Part shown: positions 9,672 through 19,460 of the stretch, one piece after another
How positions within the stretch are numbered: position 1 is the first letter of the stretch
Layout of the letters: the number at the start of each line of letters is the position of its first letter
NCBI GenBank assembly: GCA_947591245.1
Contig: CANQCY010000002.1
Span: 36,911 to 100,910, forward strand
Source: an uncultured Lachnospiraceae bacterium
GTDB taxonomy: Bacteria; Bacillota; Clostridia; Lachnospirales; Lachnospiraceae
Length of the DNA: 64,000 nt
Reading direction: 5' to 3'
The notes under the pieces: generated by a model
What the model saw: only the letters and a program-made list of their open reading frames with translations
Database searches by the model: none
What the model was told of the DNA's origin: nothing
Position numbers and translations under genes: made by a program

Positions 9672-10718
9672 TTACCCCTTGTCCATATATGTATTCCGCA
9701 GCTGGCCGCAGGCGGCATCGATATCGCCTCCCAGCTCTCTTCTGACCGTGACATTGATATGCCTGCCCTCAAGTATTTTTCTGAATTCCCGTATGGTTTC
9801 CTCCCTTGGCCGCCTGGCCTCCCGCTCCTTCACATCGTTTAGCGGAATGAGGTTCACATGGCAGTTCATTCCCTTTAAGCATCCGGCGAGCTCCTCCGCA
9901 TGCTCCTTCCTGTCATTTACGCCGCCGATCATGCAGTATTCAAATGTAATTCGCCGCCCCGTCCTGTCAATGTATTTCCGGCATGCGGAAAAAATCTCCT
10001 CCACGCCGTATTTTTTCGCCACCGGCATGATCCTCTGGCGAATCTCATCGTTTGGCGCATGAAGGCTGACCGCCAGCGTAATCTGAAGCTTTTCTTCCAT
10101 CAGCCTCTGCATCCGCTCCACAAGGCCGCACGTCGAAACCGTGATGCTGCGCTGGCTGATCCGAATGCCCTTCTCATGTGACGCAAGCCGTATGAAGGCA
10201 AGCAGATTATCATAATTGTCCAATGGTTCTCCCATTCCCATGACGATCACATTGGAAACCCGTTCCCCCGTCTCCCGCTGTATCTCATAAATCTGCGACA
10301 GCATCTCCCCGGCGGTCAGATTTCGCGAAAGCCCCTCCAGCGTAGAAGCGCAGAACGCACATCCCATGCGGCATCCCACCTGAGATGAAATGCAAACGCT
10401 ATTGCCATGATGATATTTCATCCAGACGCTCTCCACAAGGCTTCCATCCGACATGGAAAATAAGTACTTAGCCGTTTCGCTCGTTTTAGACGCCTGTTTT
10501 TTTCTGATTTGCACTCCGGAAATAATATACCGTTCTGAGATCTGCTCCAAAAACCGTTTGGGCAGGTTATGGATCTGCGCGATTTCCTCCACCTGCCTGT
10601 GGTGAATCCATTCAAATAACTGTCTGCCACGGAACGGCTTCTCGCCAAACCGCTCGGCAAGCCCTATCATCTCCCACTCCGTCATGCTTCTTAAATCCTG
10701 TTTTATTATTTTTGCCAC
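9672..10718 (-). CDS. rlmN: 23S rRNA (A2503-C2)/tRNA methyltransferase, radical SAM
   Basis: CISSQVGCRMGCAFC, MGMGEPL, SLHAP and DIDAACGQL motifs; exact start uncertain. Confidence 0.95.
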   Translation of the reverse strand: MAKIIKQDLRSMTEWEMIGLAERFGEKPFRGRQLFEWIHHRQVEEIAQIHNLPKRFLEQISERYIISGVQIRKKQASKTSETAKYLFSMSDGSLVESVWMKYHHGNSVCISSQVGCRMGCAFCASTLEGLSRNLTAGEMLSQIYEIQRETGERVSNVIVMGMGEPLDNYDNLLAFIRLASHEKGIRISQRSITVSTCGLVERMQRLMEEKLQITLAVSLHAPNDEIRQRIMPVAKKYGVEEIFSACRKYIDRTGRRITFEYCMIGGVNDRKEHAEELAGCLKGMNCHVNLIPLNDVKEREARRPREETIREFRKILEGRHINVTVRRELGGDIDAACGQLRNTYMDKG

Positions 10719-10803
10719 CTCGATCCGCCAGCTTTCTTAAATTCTGTTTTATTACTATTTCCTTTATTTTCGCCGTTTCAAGTTTATTAAATCTTCTTTT
10801 ATC
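10688..10803. repeat. Three degenerate ~21-bp direct repeats at and upstream of the rlmN 5' end
   Basis: TTCTTAAATCCTGTTTTATTA (10688), TTCTTAAATTCTGTTTTATTA (10734), TTATTAAATCTTCTTTTATC (10784). Confidence 0.7.
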
Positions 10804-10817
10804 TCCTTGCGGCATCC

Positions 10818-12173
10818 CTATTGCTTCCTCACGAATTTTGCCACAAAAAATCCGTCGCTTTTCTGGATGCCGGGAAGGATCTGCAGCATACCCCGCTTCG
10901 TCATTCCATTTTGCAATGCTTTCGGCAGATACTCATCGAGTGAAACCGGTTCAAACGGCAGATTTTCAGCGATCCATGCCGCTATTTCCTCATTTTCGCG
11001 CGCATTAACCGTACACGTACTGTAAACAAGCACGCCTCCGGGCTTTACCGCCGCAGCTGCTCCGGCGGCGATCTTTTTTTGAACCTCCGGCAGGGTTTCT
11101 GCATTGTGCATCGCGTGGTATTTGATATCCGGCTTCTTTCCTATCACCCCGATTCCGGAACACGGCGCATCCACGAGAACAACCTCCGCCCGTTCCCTCC
11201 ATTCCTCATCCGGCAGCGCCGCATCCCATACCTTGATTTCGATATTTTCGGCATGGAGCCGCGCGGCATTTTCCATAAGCCTGTGCAGCTTTTGTTCCGA
11301 CACATCCCTTGCGCTGACCAGCCCGTTCCCCTTCATCACATCGACCGCATGAAACGCCTTGCCGCCCGGACTGCTGCACGCATCTAATACGACGTCGCCC
11401 GGGCGTATGCCCGACACAAGCACAGGAAGCATTGAACTCTCATCCTGCACCACAAAATGCCCTTCCGCAAATCCGGGCAGGCTTTCAATCTTTCCGGCAT
11501 TCGTGACGAGGAGGGCAGTTTCCGCATAAATGCCGTCCTCCACGGACATTCCCGCCTGAATGAGTTCCCTGCGGACCTGCTCTTTGGATGCGTTCATCGT
11601 ATGAACCCGTATCGTCACCGGCCTGTCCTCATAAAAAAAAGCAAATATCTTTTCCGCCGTCTTTTTTCCATACGACCGAATCATCATATGTACAATATCC
11701 TCGGGCATCGAATAACGAAGGGACAGCCGCTTTTCCCCTGTTTCCGCCCCGCTTTCTATCTCCCTCTGCAATTCCTCTTTATCCGCTTTCGCAATATTTC
11801 TCAGCACAGCGTTGACAAACCCGCTTGCATGCGCGCATTTTTTCTTCTTCGACAGAGAAACCATCTCATTACATGTAGCCGCCGCGGGAACAGCATCCAT
11901 ATACAAAATCTCATATGCCCCCATGCGCAGCGCCGTCCGGACTGCCGGTTTCATTTTTTTGACCGGGATGTTCGCATACCGGTCAATGACTGCGTCCAGA
12001 TAAATGATGCGCTCAATTGTTCCATAGGCGAGCCGCCTCAGAAACGCCTTTTCCTGCCCGCCAAGCGGCTTTCTTTTGCCGTCCGTTTCCACCAGCGCAT
12101 GGAATAACCCGTCGCTCTGTTTCTGCTGTTCCATCACCCCATACACGATATCAAAAGCTAAGGCCCTCAACAT
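10818..12173 (-). CDS. rsmB: 16S rRNA (C967-C5) methyltransferase
   Basis: NusB-like N-terminus (GFVNAVLR), VQDESS, DACSSPGGK, DAPCSG and YSTCT motifs. Confidence 0.93.
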   Translation of the reverse strand: MLRALAFDIVYGVMEQQKQSDGLFHALVETDGKRKPLGGQEKAFLRRLAYGTIERIIYLDAVIDRYANIPVKKMKPAVRTALRMGAYEILYMDAVPAAATCNEMVSLSKKKKCAHASGFVNAVLRNIAKADKEELQREIESGAETGEKRLSLRYSMPEDIVHMMIRSYGKKTAEKIFAFFYEDRPVTIRVHTMNASKEQVRRELIQAGMSVEDGIYAETALLVTNAGKIESLPGFAEGHFVVQDESSMLPVLVSGIRPGDVVLDACSSPGGKAFHAVDVMKGNGLVSARDVSEQKLHRLMENAARLHAENIEIKVWDAALPDEEWRERAEVVLVDAPCSGIGVIGKKPDIKYHAMHNAETLPEVQKKIAAGAAAAVKPGGVLVYSTCTVNARENEEIAAWIAENLPFEPVSLDEYLPKALQNGMTKRGMLQILPGIQKSDGFFVAKFVRKQ

Positions 12174-13077
12174 TATTTCCCCTCATAAAATCTGCGCAAT
12201 TCATGCGCTTCTTTCCCTCCAGCTGCACTTCCAGCAATTTCAGAAGCCCGTCGCCGGTCTGTATGCAGAATCCATCCCGGTCGATCTGCGCTACCGCCCC
12301 GCACGGACAGTCCGTATTGCGCTCAACCACTGACGCTTTCCATATTTTGAGCGTTTTCCCGCGATAATGCGTATACGCGCCCGGCCACGTATTGAGTCCC
12401 CGCACGTAACGCTCCAGCTTTTTGGCATCCTCCGCAAAATCCAGTTTTCCCATATCCTTTGTCAGCATTTTCGCATAGGTGGCCGAAGAATCATCCTGCT
12501 TCACCGGCTTAAGCGTCCCATTCTCCGCACATTCAAGCGCTTTCAGCAAGAGCGGGCCGCCCACGCCGGAGAGCCGTTCAAATAAACTCTCTCCCGTTTC
12601 ATCCGGACGAATCTCCACTTCCTCTTTCAGCAGCATATCGCCCGTATCCAGCCCTTCATCCATCTGCATTACCGTCACGCCGGTTTTCTCATCTCCTTCA
12701 AGAACCGCCCGCTGAATCGGCGCCGCTCCACGCCATCTCGGAAGAAGGGACGCATGAATATTGATGCATCCGTATTTCGGCAATTCTAAAATTTCTTTCG
12801 ATAAAATCTGTCCAAACGCCACTACCACGATGACGTCGCACGGTATTTGCCGCAGCGTCTCAACAAATTCCGGCGCTTTCACCCGTTCCGGCGTATAGAC
12901 CGGTATGCCCTGCGACACGGCGGCCTCCTTCACCGGGGTAAATACAGGCTTGCCGCTTCTCCCGCGCGCCCGATCCGGTTGTGTGACCACCGCCGCCACA
13001 TCATGCCTTTCTGACTTCAAAAGCGTCCCAAGCACAGGAACGGCGAAATCCGGCGTTCCCATAAAAATAATCCGCAT
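12151..13077 (-). CDS. fmt: Methionyl-tRNA formyltransferase
   Basis: FMGTPDFA, VTQPDR, NIHASLLPRWRGAAP and DTGD motifs. Confidence 0.96.
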   Translation of the reverse strand: MRIIFMGTPDFAVPVLGTLLKSERHDVAAVVTQPDRARGRSGKPVFTPVKEAAVSQGIPVYTPERVKAPEFVETLRQIPCDVIVVVAFGQILSKEILELPKYGCINIHASLLPRWRGAAPIQRAVLEGDEKTGVTVMQMDEGLDTGDMLLKEEVEIRPDETGESLFERLSGVGGPLLLKALECAENGTLKPVKQDDSSATYAKMLTKDMGKLDFAEDAKKLERYVRGLNTWPGAYTHYRGKTLKIWKASVVERNTDCPCGAVAQIDRDGFCIQTGDGLLKLLEVQLEGKKRMNCADFMRGNNVEGLSF

Positions 13078-13113
13078 ATCTGCCTCCATTCACGTACATG
13101 CCGTTTGCTGAAA

Positions 13114-13599
13114 TTATTCGTCCTCCGTCATTTCTCCTACATCCATGAGTTCTCCCTCCACCATATCGACATACAGTTTTCCATCCAGATGGTCGATCTC
13201 ATGAACAAGCGCCCTTGCCAGCAATTCTTCCCCTTCATATTCGACTTCATTCATATCCATATCCATCGCCCTCACCCGCACAAAATTCGGCCGGGTTACC
13301 ATACCGGCTTTCCCCGGCACGCTAAGACAGCCCTCGCTGCCGCGCTGCTCTCCCTCCTCCTGGATAACGACCGGATTGATGAGAATGATCGGATTATTCT
13401 GTTCTTCTGTTATATCCACGACCGCGATCCGCTTCAGAATCCCGACCTGAGGCGCCGCAAGCCCGACTCCCTCTGCCTTGTACATCGTCTCCAGCATATC
13501 CTCTATCAACTGTTTGGTCTTGGGAGTCACCTCCTTCACCTCTTTTGAGCGCTTGTACAAAATCTCATCGCCTATCTCACGAATATTTCTAAGTGCCAT
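13114..13599 (-). CDS. def: Peptide deformylase
   Basis: GVGLAAPQVG, EGCLS and HEIDHLDG motifs. Confidence 0.96.
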   Translation of the reverse strand: MALRNIREIGDEILYKRSKEVKEVTPKTKQLIEDMLETMYKAEGVGLAAPQVGILKRIAVVDITEEQNNPIILINPVVIQEEGEQRGSEGCLSVPGKAGMVTRPNFVRVRAMDMDMNEVEYEGEELLARALVHEIDHLDGKLYVDMVEGELMDVGEMTEDE

Positions 13600-13641
13600 A
13601 CTTTTTCACCATGCCTTTCGCAAAGTCTGTTCTTCTGCCAT

Positions 13642-15870
13642 TTAATCTATTTCATATTTTATATAATGGCCGGCGCCGCATTCTTCCTCCCGCCAGCCAT
13701 GAATTTTCTCCCTGACCCGCTCCATCAGCTGCACCGTCTCCGCTTTTATATACAGCGCGAGCTGAAACCTGTCCTTAATGCGTTTTACCGCGCCGGGAGC
13801 CGGCCCGATCAATTGGATCTGCTCTCCGAATTCCCTGCGGAGCTGTTCTGCCAGCCTGCCGATGCATTCCTCGCCGCCCGCCAGCTCTTCCGCTGAAACG
13901 CTGACCGAAATCATCGAGTAATAGGGGGGATATTTCAACATTTTGCGGAATGTAAGTTCATTTTCATAAAAATGCCGCGCATCCTGCCCGGCAACGCTTT
14001 TGATCACATAATGCTCCGGCTGGTATGTCTGTATGATGACCTCTCCTGATTTGCCCCCTCTTCCGGCGCGCCCCGCCGCCTGCATCAATAGCTGGAATGT
14101 CCGTTCGCTGCTCCGGTAATCATTCTCAAACATGCTCATATCCGCCGCCAGCGCTGCCACCAGCGTCACATTCGGAAAATCATGTCCTTTAGCGATCATC
14201 TGCGTACCGACCAGTATATCTGCCTTTCCGCCTCGAAACTGTGACAAAATTTGTTCATGTCCGTTTTTCCCCGACGTCGTATCCGCATCCATCCTCAGAA
14301 TCCCCGCTGTCGGAAACGCCTTATGAAGCATTTCCTCCACCTTCTGCGTCCCCAGTCCGAATGCTGCGATATACGGCGAACCGCAGGACGGACATCGTTC
14401 CGGCATCTTCACGGTATGTCCGCAGTAGTGGCACACGAGCGTATCGACATCCCCGGTATGGTTTTTGTGCGCCGTCATTGATACATCGCAATGAGGACAT
14501 TGTAACACATTTCCGCAGTTTCTACAAGAAACAAAACCGGCGTAGCCTCTTCGGTTTATAAAAAGGATGCTCTGTTCTCCCTTTTCCAGCCTGTCCTGAA
14601 TCTTTTCCCGTAAAAGGCGGCTGAAAACCGAACGGTTTTTCACCTTCATTTCCTCGCGCAGATCAACAACATGCACATCGGGCAAGCGGGCATCCCCGGC
14701 GCGCTTTTCAAGACGGTATTCCTTATATCGTCCCTCCCGTGCCGCCAGATAGCTTTTCACCGACGGCGTCGCCGATCCGAACACCACGCTCGCGCCGGCC
14801 AGTTCCGCTCGGTACTTCGCCACTTCATCGCTGTGATATTTCGGAACCCCCTCGCTGATATAGCTTCCCTCGTGCTCTTCGTCCATTATAATGACGCCGA
14901 GCCGTTCAAACGGAGCAAACAGCGCGGACCGGGGGCCAATCATAATGTCCGCCTCTCCGTTTTTCGCCCGCTCATACTGATCGTAGCGTTCTCCGTCCGA
15001 GAGACGGGAATGCATAACCGACACGCGCTCCCCGAACGCCGCGCGGAAACGGGATACCGTCTGAAAGGTAAGCGCAATCTCCGGAATGAGTACAATCGCC
15101 TGTTTGCCGCACTCCAGCACCGTCTTCAGAAAATGGATGTACACCTCCGTCTTGCCGCTTCCGGTAACCCCGTACAGGAGATAATTCCTCCTCACTCCGG
15201 CGTTATATTCCGTCTGAAAATCTTCCACGATCTTCTTCTGTTCCTCATTCAAAACACGAGCCAGCGCGGCCGCGCCCCCCCACTGTTCTGTGGGATTGCG
15301 GTATTTACGCTCCTTTGTCACGGTGAGAATCCCTTCTCCCGCAAGGCTGTCGATCACCGTCTTTTTGACGCCGTATTTTAAATCCGCAGTTCGCCTTGTC
15401 ATCATCCCGCCTTCCGCAAGCATTCCGTTCAGCAGCCGAACCTTCGCTTTGTAATGCTTTCTCTCGTATTCATGCAGAATATCCCTGATCCGATCTTCTT
15501 TTATTGCAAAAGCAAGCCAGTGTTCTTCCACTGACTTAACTTTTTTCCGTACCGGCAATACCGTTTTTAATGCCTCATTCATCGTAGATCCGTATCTTTC
15601 GCGTAAAAAGACGGCGATTTGAAGGAGCTGATCCCCGATGGACACCTGCTTCTTTTCCACGCCCAGAATATTTTTGATCCGGCTCTCGTCAAATGCCGAA
15701 ACCTCTTTTATATCGACCACAAATCCTTTCAGCATCCGGTTCCCCCGTCCGAATGGGACTTTAACCGGAGTCCCGACCGCCACATTTTTCAAAAGTTCGT
15801 CCGGAATACGGTACTGATAGGTTCGATCCAGCGCCTCTGCGCTGATATCTATGATCACATCTGCATACAC
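13642..15870 (-). CDS. priA: Primosomal protein N' (replication restart helicase)
   Basis: GVTGSGKT, DEEH, CxxC zinc pairs, GTQMIAKGHDF and GRAGR motifs. Confidence 0.96.
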   Translation of the reverse strand: MYADVIIDISAEALDRTYQYRIPDELLKNVAVGTPVKVPFGRGNRMLKGFVVDIKEVSAFDESRIKNILGVEKKQVSIGDQLLQIAVFLRERYGSTMNEALKTVLPVRKKVKSVEEHWLAFAIKEDRIRDILHEYERKHYKAKVRLLNGMLAEGGMMTRRTADLKYGVKKTVIDSLAGEGILTVTKERKYRNPTEQWGGAAALARVLNEEQKKIVEDFQTEYNAGVRRNYLLYGVTGSGKTEVYIHFLKTVLECGKQAIVLIPEIALTFQTVSRFRAAFGERVSVMHSRLSDGERYDQYERAKNGEADIMIGPRSALFAPFERLGVIIMDEEHEGSYISEGVPKYHSDEVAKYRAELAGASVVFGSATPSVKSYLAAREGRYKEYRLEKRAGDARLPDVHVVDLREEMKVKNRSVFSRLLREKIQDRLEKGEQSILFINRRGYAGFVSCRNCGNVLQCPHCDVSMTAHKNHTGDVDTLVCHYCGHTVKMPERCPSCGSPYIAAFGLGTQKVEEMLHKAFPTAGILRMDADTTSGKNGHEQILSQFRGGKADILVGTQMIAKGHDFPNVTLVAALAADMSMFENDYRSSERTFQLLMQAAGRAGRGGKSGEVIIQTYQPEHYVIKSVAGQDARHFYENELTFRKMLKYPPYYSMISVSVSAEELAGGEECIGRLAEQLRREFGEQIQLIGPAPGAVKRIKDRFQLALYIKAETVQLMERVREKIHGWREEECGAGHYIKYEID

Positions 15871-15874
15871 ATCA

Positions 15875-17293
15875 TCACAATCCTTTAACTACTTCATCCA
15901 TGTGCATTCCCCTCGACCCCTTGACCAAAATCCAGTCTCCCGGCTGTGCAAGAAGTTTTACAAATTCCGCCGCTTCTTTCGTATCCGCGCACGCATGCAC
16001 CGGAATATCGGAATGCGCCTCTACCTGCTCCGCTATGTACGCGGCGCCCTCTCCTACCGTAACTACATAAGAAAGTTTCTTTCCTTTCGCCGCTTCTGCC
16101 AGTATAAAATCCCCTATGCCGCGGTGTTCCTTCTCCATCCGTTCTCCCAGTTCGAGCACGTCTCCTATCACAGCGATCTTATTTCCCGCCTCTCCATAAT
16201 CAAAGAGCGCATCGATATTGCTGTTGATGGAGTCCGGACTGGCATTGTATGTATCGTCAATGATATGATATCCGTGGCGGTCTATCCTCTCCCCCCTCAT
16301 TGTAAACGGACGGTATTTTGCAAGGGCTTCCGCCGCCTCCGCCGCTTTTATGCCGAACTGCTCTCCGATGGCGAGGGCGGCTACCGCATTGCAGACGTTG
16401 TGCGCCCCCATCACCGACAGATTCACCTCGCAGCAGTCATTGCCATGATAAGTAAAACGCTGTCCCCGCTCCGTGACCCCGATCCCTTCCGCCCTATACG
16501 CGCAGTCCTTCTCCGTTCCATAGTATGCGGTTTCTTCCGGACCGGCGCTGTCTGCCATATCATATGGGATGTTTTCGCGAGAGAGCTGTTTCAAGTCACC
16601 GTTTCCACACACATAAAGCCTGCCTTTTTTGCGTCCTCCGCCGCATTCGCTTCCGACATATTTTATTATATTTCCCTTTTCCGCCATGATCGCCTTTCGG
16701 CTTCCGAGATTTCCGATATGGGAAACGCCGATATTCGTCATGACTGCCGTCTGCGGTTTCGCAATCTCTACCAGCCTTGCCATCTCGCCCGGCATGCTGA
16801 TCCCCATTTCAAAAACTGCCAATTCGGTCTGATCGTCGATGTGAAACATCATCAGCGCCACGCCAATCTGGCTGTTCTGATTGCCTATCGTCTTGAGTAC
16901 ATTATATTTCTTTTGCAGGACTGCGGCGATCATTTCCTTTGTCGTAGTTTTTCCCACGCTCCCGGTCACGCCGATGACCGGAATATCAAACCTGCTCCGG
17001 TACCATCCCGCCAGCTTTTGCAGCGCCGCCAGCGTATCTTTTACATATATGCAAGCGCCTCTTTCTGTCACAGTATCCTGATTCGAGGTCAACGCAGCCG
17101 CCGCTCCCATTTTCATGACGTCCGGTATGAAGCGGTGGGCATCCACCCTCTCGCCGATAATCGGCACAAACAAACTTCCGTCTTTAACCTGTCTGGAATC
17201 CGTCACGACATTTATAATCTCAGCGTCCGCATCGCCACACAGCAGGGCGCCTCCGGTCGCTTCCGCTACATCCCTCACGCAAATTGGAACCAT
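15875..17293 (-). CDS. murF: UDP-N-acetylmuramoyl-tripeptide--D-Ala-D-Ala ligase
   Basis: TDSR, GVTGSVGKTTTK, DDTYNASP, GDVLELG and LVKGSRGM motifs. Confidence 0.93.
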   Translation of the reverse strand: MVPICVRDVAEATGGALLCGDADAEIINVVTDSRQVKDGSLFVPIIGERVDAHRFIPDVMKMGAAAALTSNQDTVTERGACIYVKDTLAALQKLAGWYRSRFDIPVIGVTGSVGKTTTKEMIAAVLQKKYNVLKTIGNQNSQIGVALMMFHIDDQTELAVFEMGISMPGEMARLVEIAKPQTAVMTNIGVSHIGNLGSRKAIMAEKGNIIKYVGSECGGGRKKGRLYVCGNGDLKQLSRENIPYDMADSAGPEETAYYGTEKDCAYRAEGIGVTERGQRFTYHGNDCCEVNLSVMGAHNVCNAVAALAIGEQFGIKAAEAAEALAKYRPFTMRGERIDRHGYHIIDDTYNASPDSINSNIDALFDYGEAGNKIAVIGDVLELGERMEKEHRGIGDFILAEAAKGKKLSYVVTVGEGAAYIAEQVEAHSDIPVHACADTKEAAEFVKLLAQPGDWILVKGSRGMHMDEVVKGL

Positions 17294-17323
17294 ATATTCC
17301 TCCATCTCCCTCTTATATTTCTA

Positions 17324-18088
17324 CTATTTTGCAGCTGCAATGACGTCTGACATCTCAAAACGCCCCGAATCCCTGCCCTTTAAAAATTTTGCGGCCGCTA
17401 CTGCGCCCTTGCCGAAAACTGCCTTGCTGTACGCCGTATGGGAAAACGTAATCACCTCGTCCGTTCCGGCAAAAATGACGTCGTGCTCTCCCACGATCGT
17501 GCCGCCCCGTACCGAGCTGATGCCAAGTTCTTTTTTATCCCTCTTCTGCCTTCTCTGCGACCGGTCATACACATAATCATACTGTCCGCCGGCTGCCGCA
17601 TTTACCGCATCTGCAAGCCCAAGCGCCGTTCCCGACGGAGCGTCCAGCTTCTGATTGTGGTGTTTCTCCACGATCTCCACATCATACCCCTCCGCTGTAA
17701 ATACCTTTGTCGCCTCCTGAAGGAGCCTCATAAGAGTATTAATGCCCAGCGACATATTTGCGGATTTCAAAATCGCCGTTTTTTCCGCCGCCGCTTCTAT
17801 AGCCTCAAGCTGCTTTTTATCGTAGCCCGTCGTGCAGAGAACCGCAGGCAGTTTCTTTTCGATACAGTATTCCAGCAGCTCATCAAGTAATTTCGTAGTG
17901 GAAAAATCGATGAGCGCATCCGCCGCCGCATCGCATTGCTTCAGCGAGGAAAACACGGGATAGTCCTTCGTCCCATCGTCTGTGATATCGATCCCCGCCA
18001 CGATCTGCGCATCTTCGTCTTCTCTTACTATATCCGTAATCGTTCTTCCCATCACCCCATTGCATCCGGTCAAAATGATGTTTGTCAT
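17324..18088 (-). CDS. dapB: 4-hydroxy-tetrahydrodipicolinate reductase
   Basis: GCNGVMG Rossmann motif and EKHHNQKLDAPSGTA. Confidence 0.96.
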   Translation of the reverse strand: MTNIILTGCNGVMGRTITDIVREDEDAQIVAGIDITDDGTKDYPVFSSLKQCDAAADALIDFSTTKLLDELLEYCIEKKLPAVLCTTGYDKKQLEAIEAAAEKTAILKSANMSLGINTLMRLLQEATKVFTAEGYDVEIVEKHHNQKLDAPSGTALGLADAVNAAAGGQYDYVYDRSQRRQKRDKKELGISSVRGGTIVGEHDVIFAGTDEVITFSHTAYSKAVFGKGAVAAAKFLKGRDSGRFEMSDVIAAAK

Positions 18089-18094
18089 GTTTTT

Positions 18095-18119
18095 CTCCAT
18101 TCCGCCGCGCAAGCGGCAC
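18095..18119 (-). repeat. 25-nt hairpin+RBS element, copy 1 (upstream of dapB)
   Basis: mRNA GTGCCGCTTGCGCGGCGGAATGGAG; 24/25 identical to 39130-39154. Confidence 0.8.
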
Positions 18120-18176
18120 TTTTATCACGGAAACTTCCCATTTCCGAGCGTTTATTCGTTGCTATTCACAGTTGCT

Positions 18177-19076
18177 TTATTTCACAGCGATCCCGGCTTT
18201 TTTCATCTCTTCCGCAAGCCTTGCCGCATGTGCGTCTTCCATTTCAGTCAGCGGAGCGCGAAGCGGGCCGGCCTCCATTCCCATCAGGTTCATCGCTTTT
18301 TTTACCGGAATCGGATTCACTTCGCAAAACAGCGCGCCGATCAGATCGAAATACTCAAGCTGCATTTCCATACTCTTTTTTACATCCCCTTCAAAATAGG
18401 AGGCCGCCATATCATGGGTTTCCTGAGGCAAAATATTGGAAAGAACAGAAATGACGCCTTTTCCGCCCAGTGACAGGACAGGCACGATCTGGTCGTCGTT
18501 GCCGGAGTAAAGGTCGACCTCGACTCCCTCCTTTTTCGCAAGGCTAAGCACGCATGCCACCTCTGAAATATCGCCGGTCGCATCCTTCACTCCCACGATA
18601 TTTTCCACGTCCCGGCAGAGCGCAACTACTGTTTCGGGTTCGATCCTTACCCCCGTCCTCCCTGGAATATTATAGAGAACAACCGGAATATGAACCGCGC
18701 CCGCAATCTCAGTAAAATGAGCCTTCAAACCATTCTGCGTGCATTTATTATAATACGGCGTGACGACAAGAAGCGCGTCCGCACCCGCTTTTTCAGCCTC
18801 TTTTGATAAATAAACAGCGGACGCCGTACAATTTGAACCTGTTCCGGCTAATACCGGAATTCTTTTCCTTACCACCTCGCAGCATAAGCGGATGCATTCC
18901 AAATGCTCTTCATTTGAAAGCGTCGACGCCTCTCCTGTCGTTCCGCAGATAATGATTGCATCCGTATGATTTGCAATCTGCCACTCAATAATTTCTTCCA
19001 GTTTTTTGTAATTTACCGTACCATCCGCATTCATCGGCGTAATCAGCGCCACACCCGCACCAGTAAATATTGACAT
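18177..19076 (-). CDS. dapA: 4-hydroxy-tetrahydrodipicolinate synthase
   Basis: GTTGE, PYYNK, LYNIPGRTG, GVKDATG and NPIPVK motifs. Confidence 0.96.
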   Translation of the reverse strand: MSIFTGAGVALITPMNADGTVNYKKLEEIIEWQIANHTDAIIICGTTGEASTLSNEEHLECIRLCCEVVRKRIPVLAGTGSNCTASAVYLSKEAEKAGADALLVVTPYYNKCTQNGLKAHFTEIAGAVHIPVVLYNIPGRTGVRIEPETVVALCRDVENIVGVKDATGDISEVACVLSLAKKEGVEVDLYSGNDDQIVPVLSLGGKGVISVLSNILPQETHDMAASYFEGDVKKSMEMQLEYFDLIGALFCEVNPIPVKKAMNLMGMEAGPLRAPLTEMEDAHAARLAEEMKKAGIAVK

Positions 19077-19145
19077 AACATACCTCCATTCCATGACGTC
19101 CTCGTTTATGCAATGCCTTTAATCCGCAGTTTTTCTTTCCCGCAT

Positions 19146-19179
19146 AAAAAATGGCATTTCTCCGGATGGAAAAATGCCG
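19146..19179 (-). terminator. Terminator of the lysine riboswitch expression platform
   Basis: CGGCATTTTTCC-ATCC-GGAGAAATGCCA followed by T6 on the minus strand. Confidence 0.8.
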
Positions 19180-19197
19180 CAAAACGCTGGCTTCTAA

Positions 19198-19364
19198 TTC
19201 TGTAGCTCTCCATCCAAACGATGACAGCCATATGCTTATTCAACATATGCCCAGGCGGACGGCTTCAGGCAGCCGTCCCCTTCGGCGGACTTTCCTTTCA
19301 CATACCATCGCTTATGTACCTGCATATCCGGTAAATTACTAATAAAGCCCGCACCTCTACCTTG
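19198..19364 (-). ncRNA. Lysine riboswitch (L-box)
   Basis: Minus strand GTAGAGGTGCG...AGTAA...GAAAGG...CGCCGAA...CTGGG...GAATA...CTGTCA...GGAGAGCTAC; sits upstream of dapA with a following terminator. Confidence 0.93.
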
Positions 19365-19380
19365 TTTTTATTTAACACTA

Positions 19381-19409
19381 ATGATAACACTTCTTCTTGC
19401 ATCAGTCAA
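19381..19409 (-). promoter_or_regulatory. Sigma-A promoter for the lysine riboswitch/dapA leader
   Basis: TTGACT-17 bp-TATCAT with extended TG. Confidence 0.75.
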
Positions 19410-19460
19410 TAGATTTTCTTCTCTTTTCAGCTTTTCATCTCGAACACTGCGTCCTCATCA

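Noticed and set aside
9672-10718. Radical SAM gene as a Cfr resistance gene or as maturase of the Cys-rich peptide
   Set aside because: Motifs and rsmB-stp-pknB context identify housekeeping RlmN; no SPASM domain.
15851-17350. 499-aa plus-strand ORF antisense to murF
   Set aside because: Exactly in register with murF, so it stays open only because murF avoids TTA, CTA and TCA codons; the translation has no recognisable motifs.
19151-19342. 63-aa plus-strand ORF
   Set aside because: Antisense to the lysine riboswitch.
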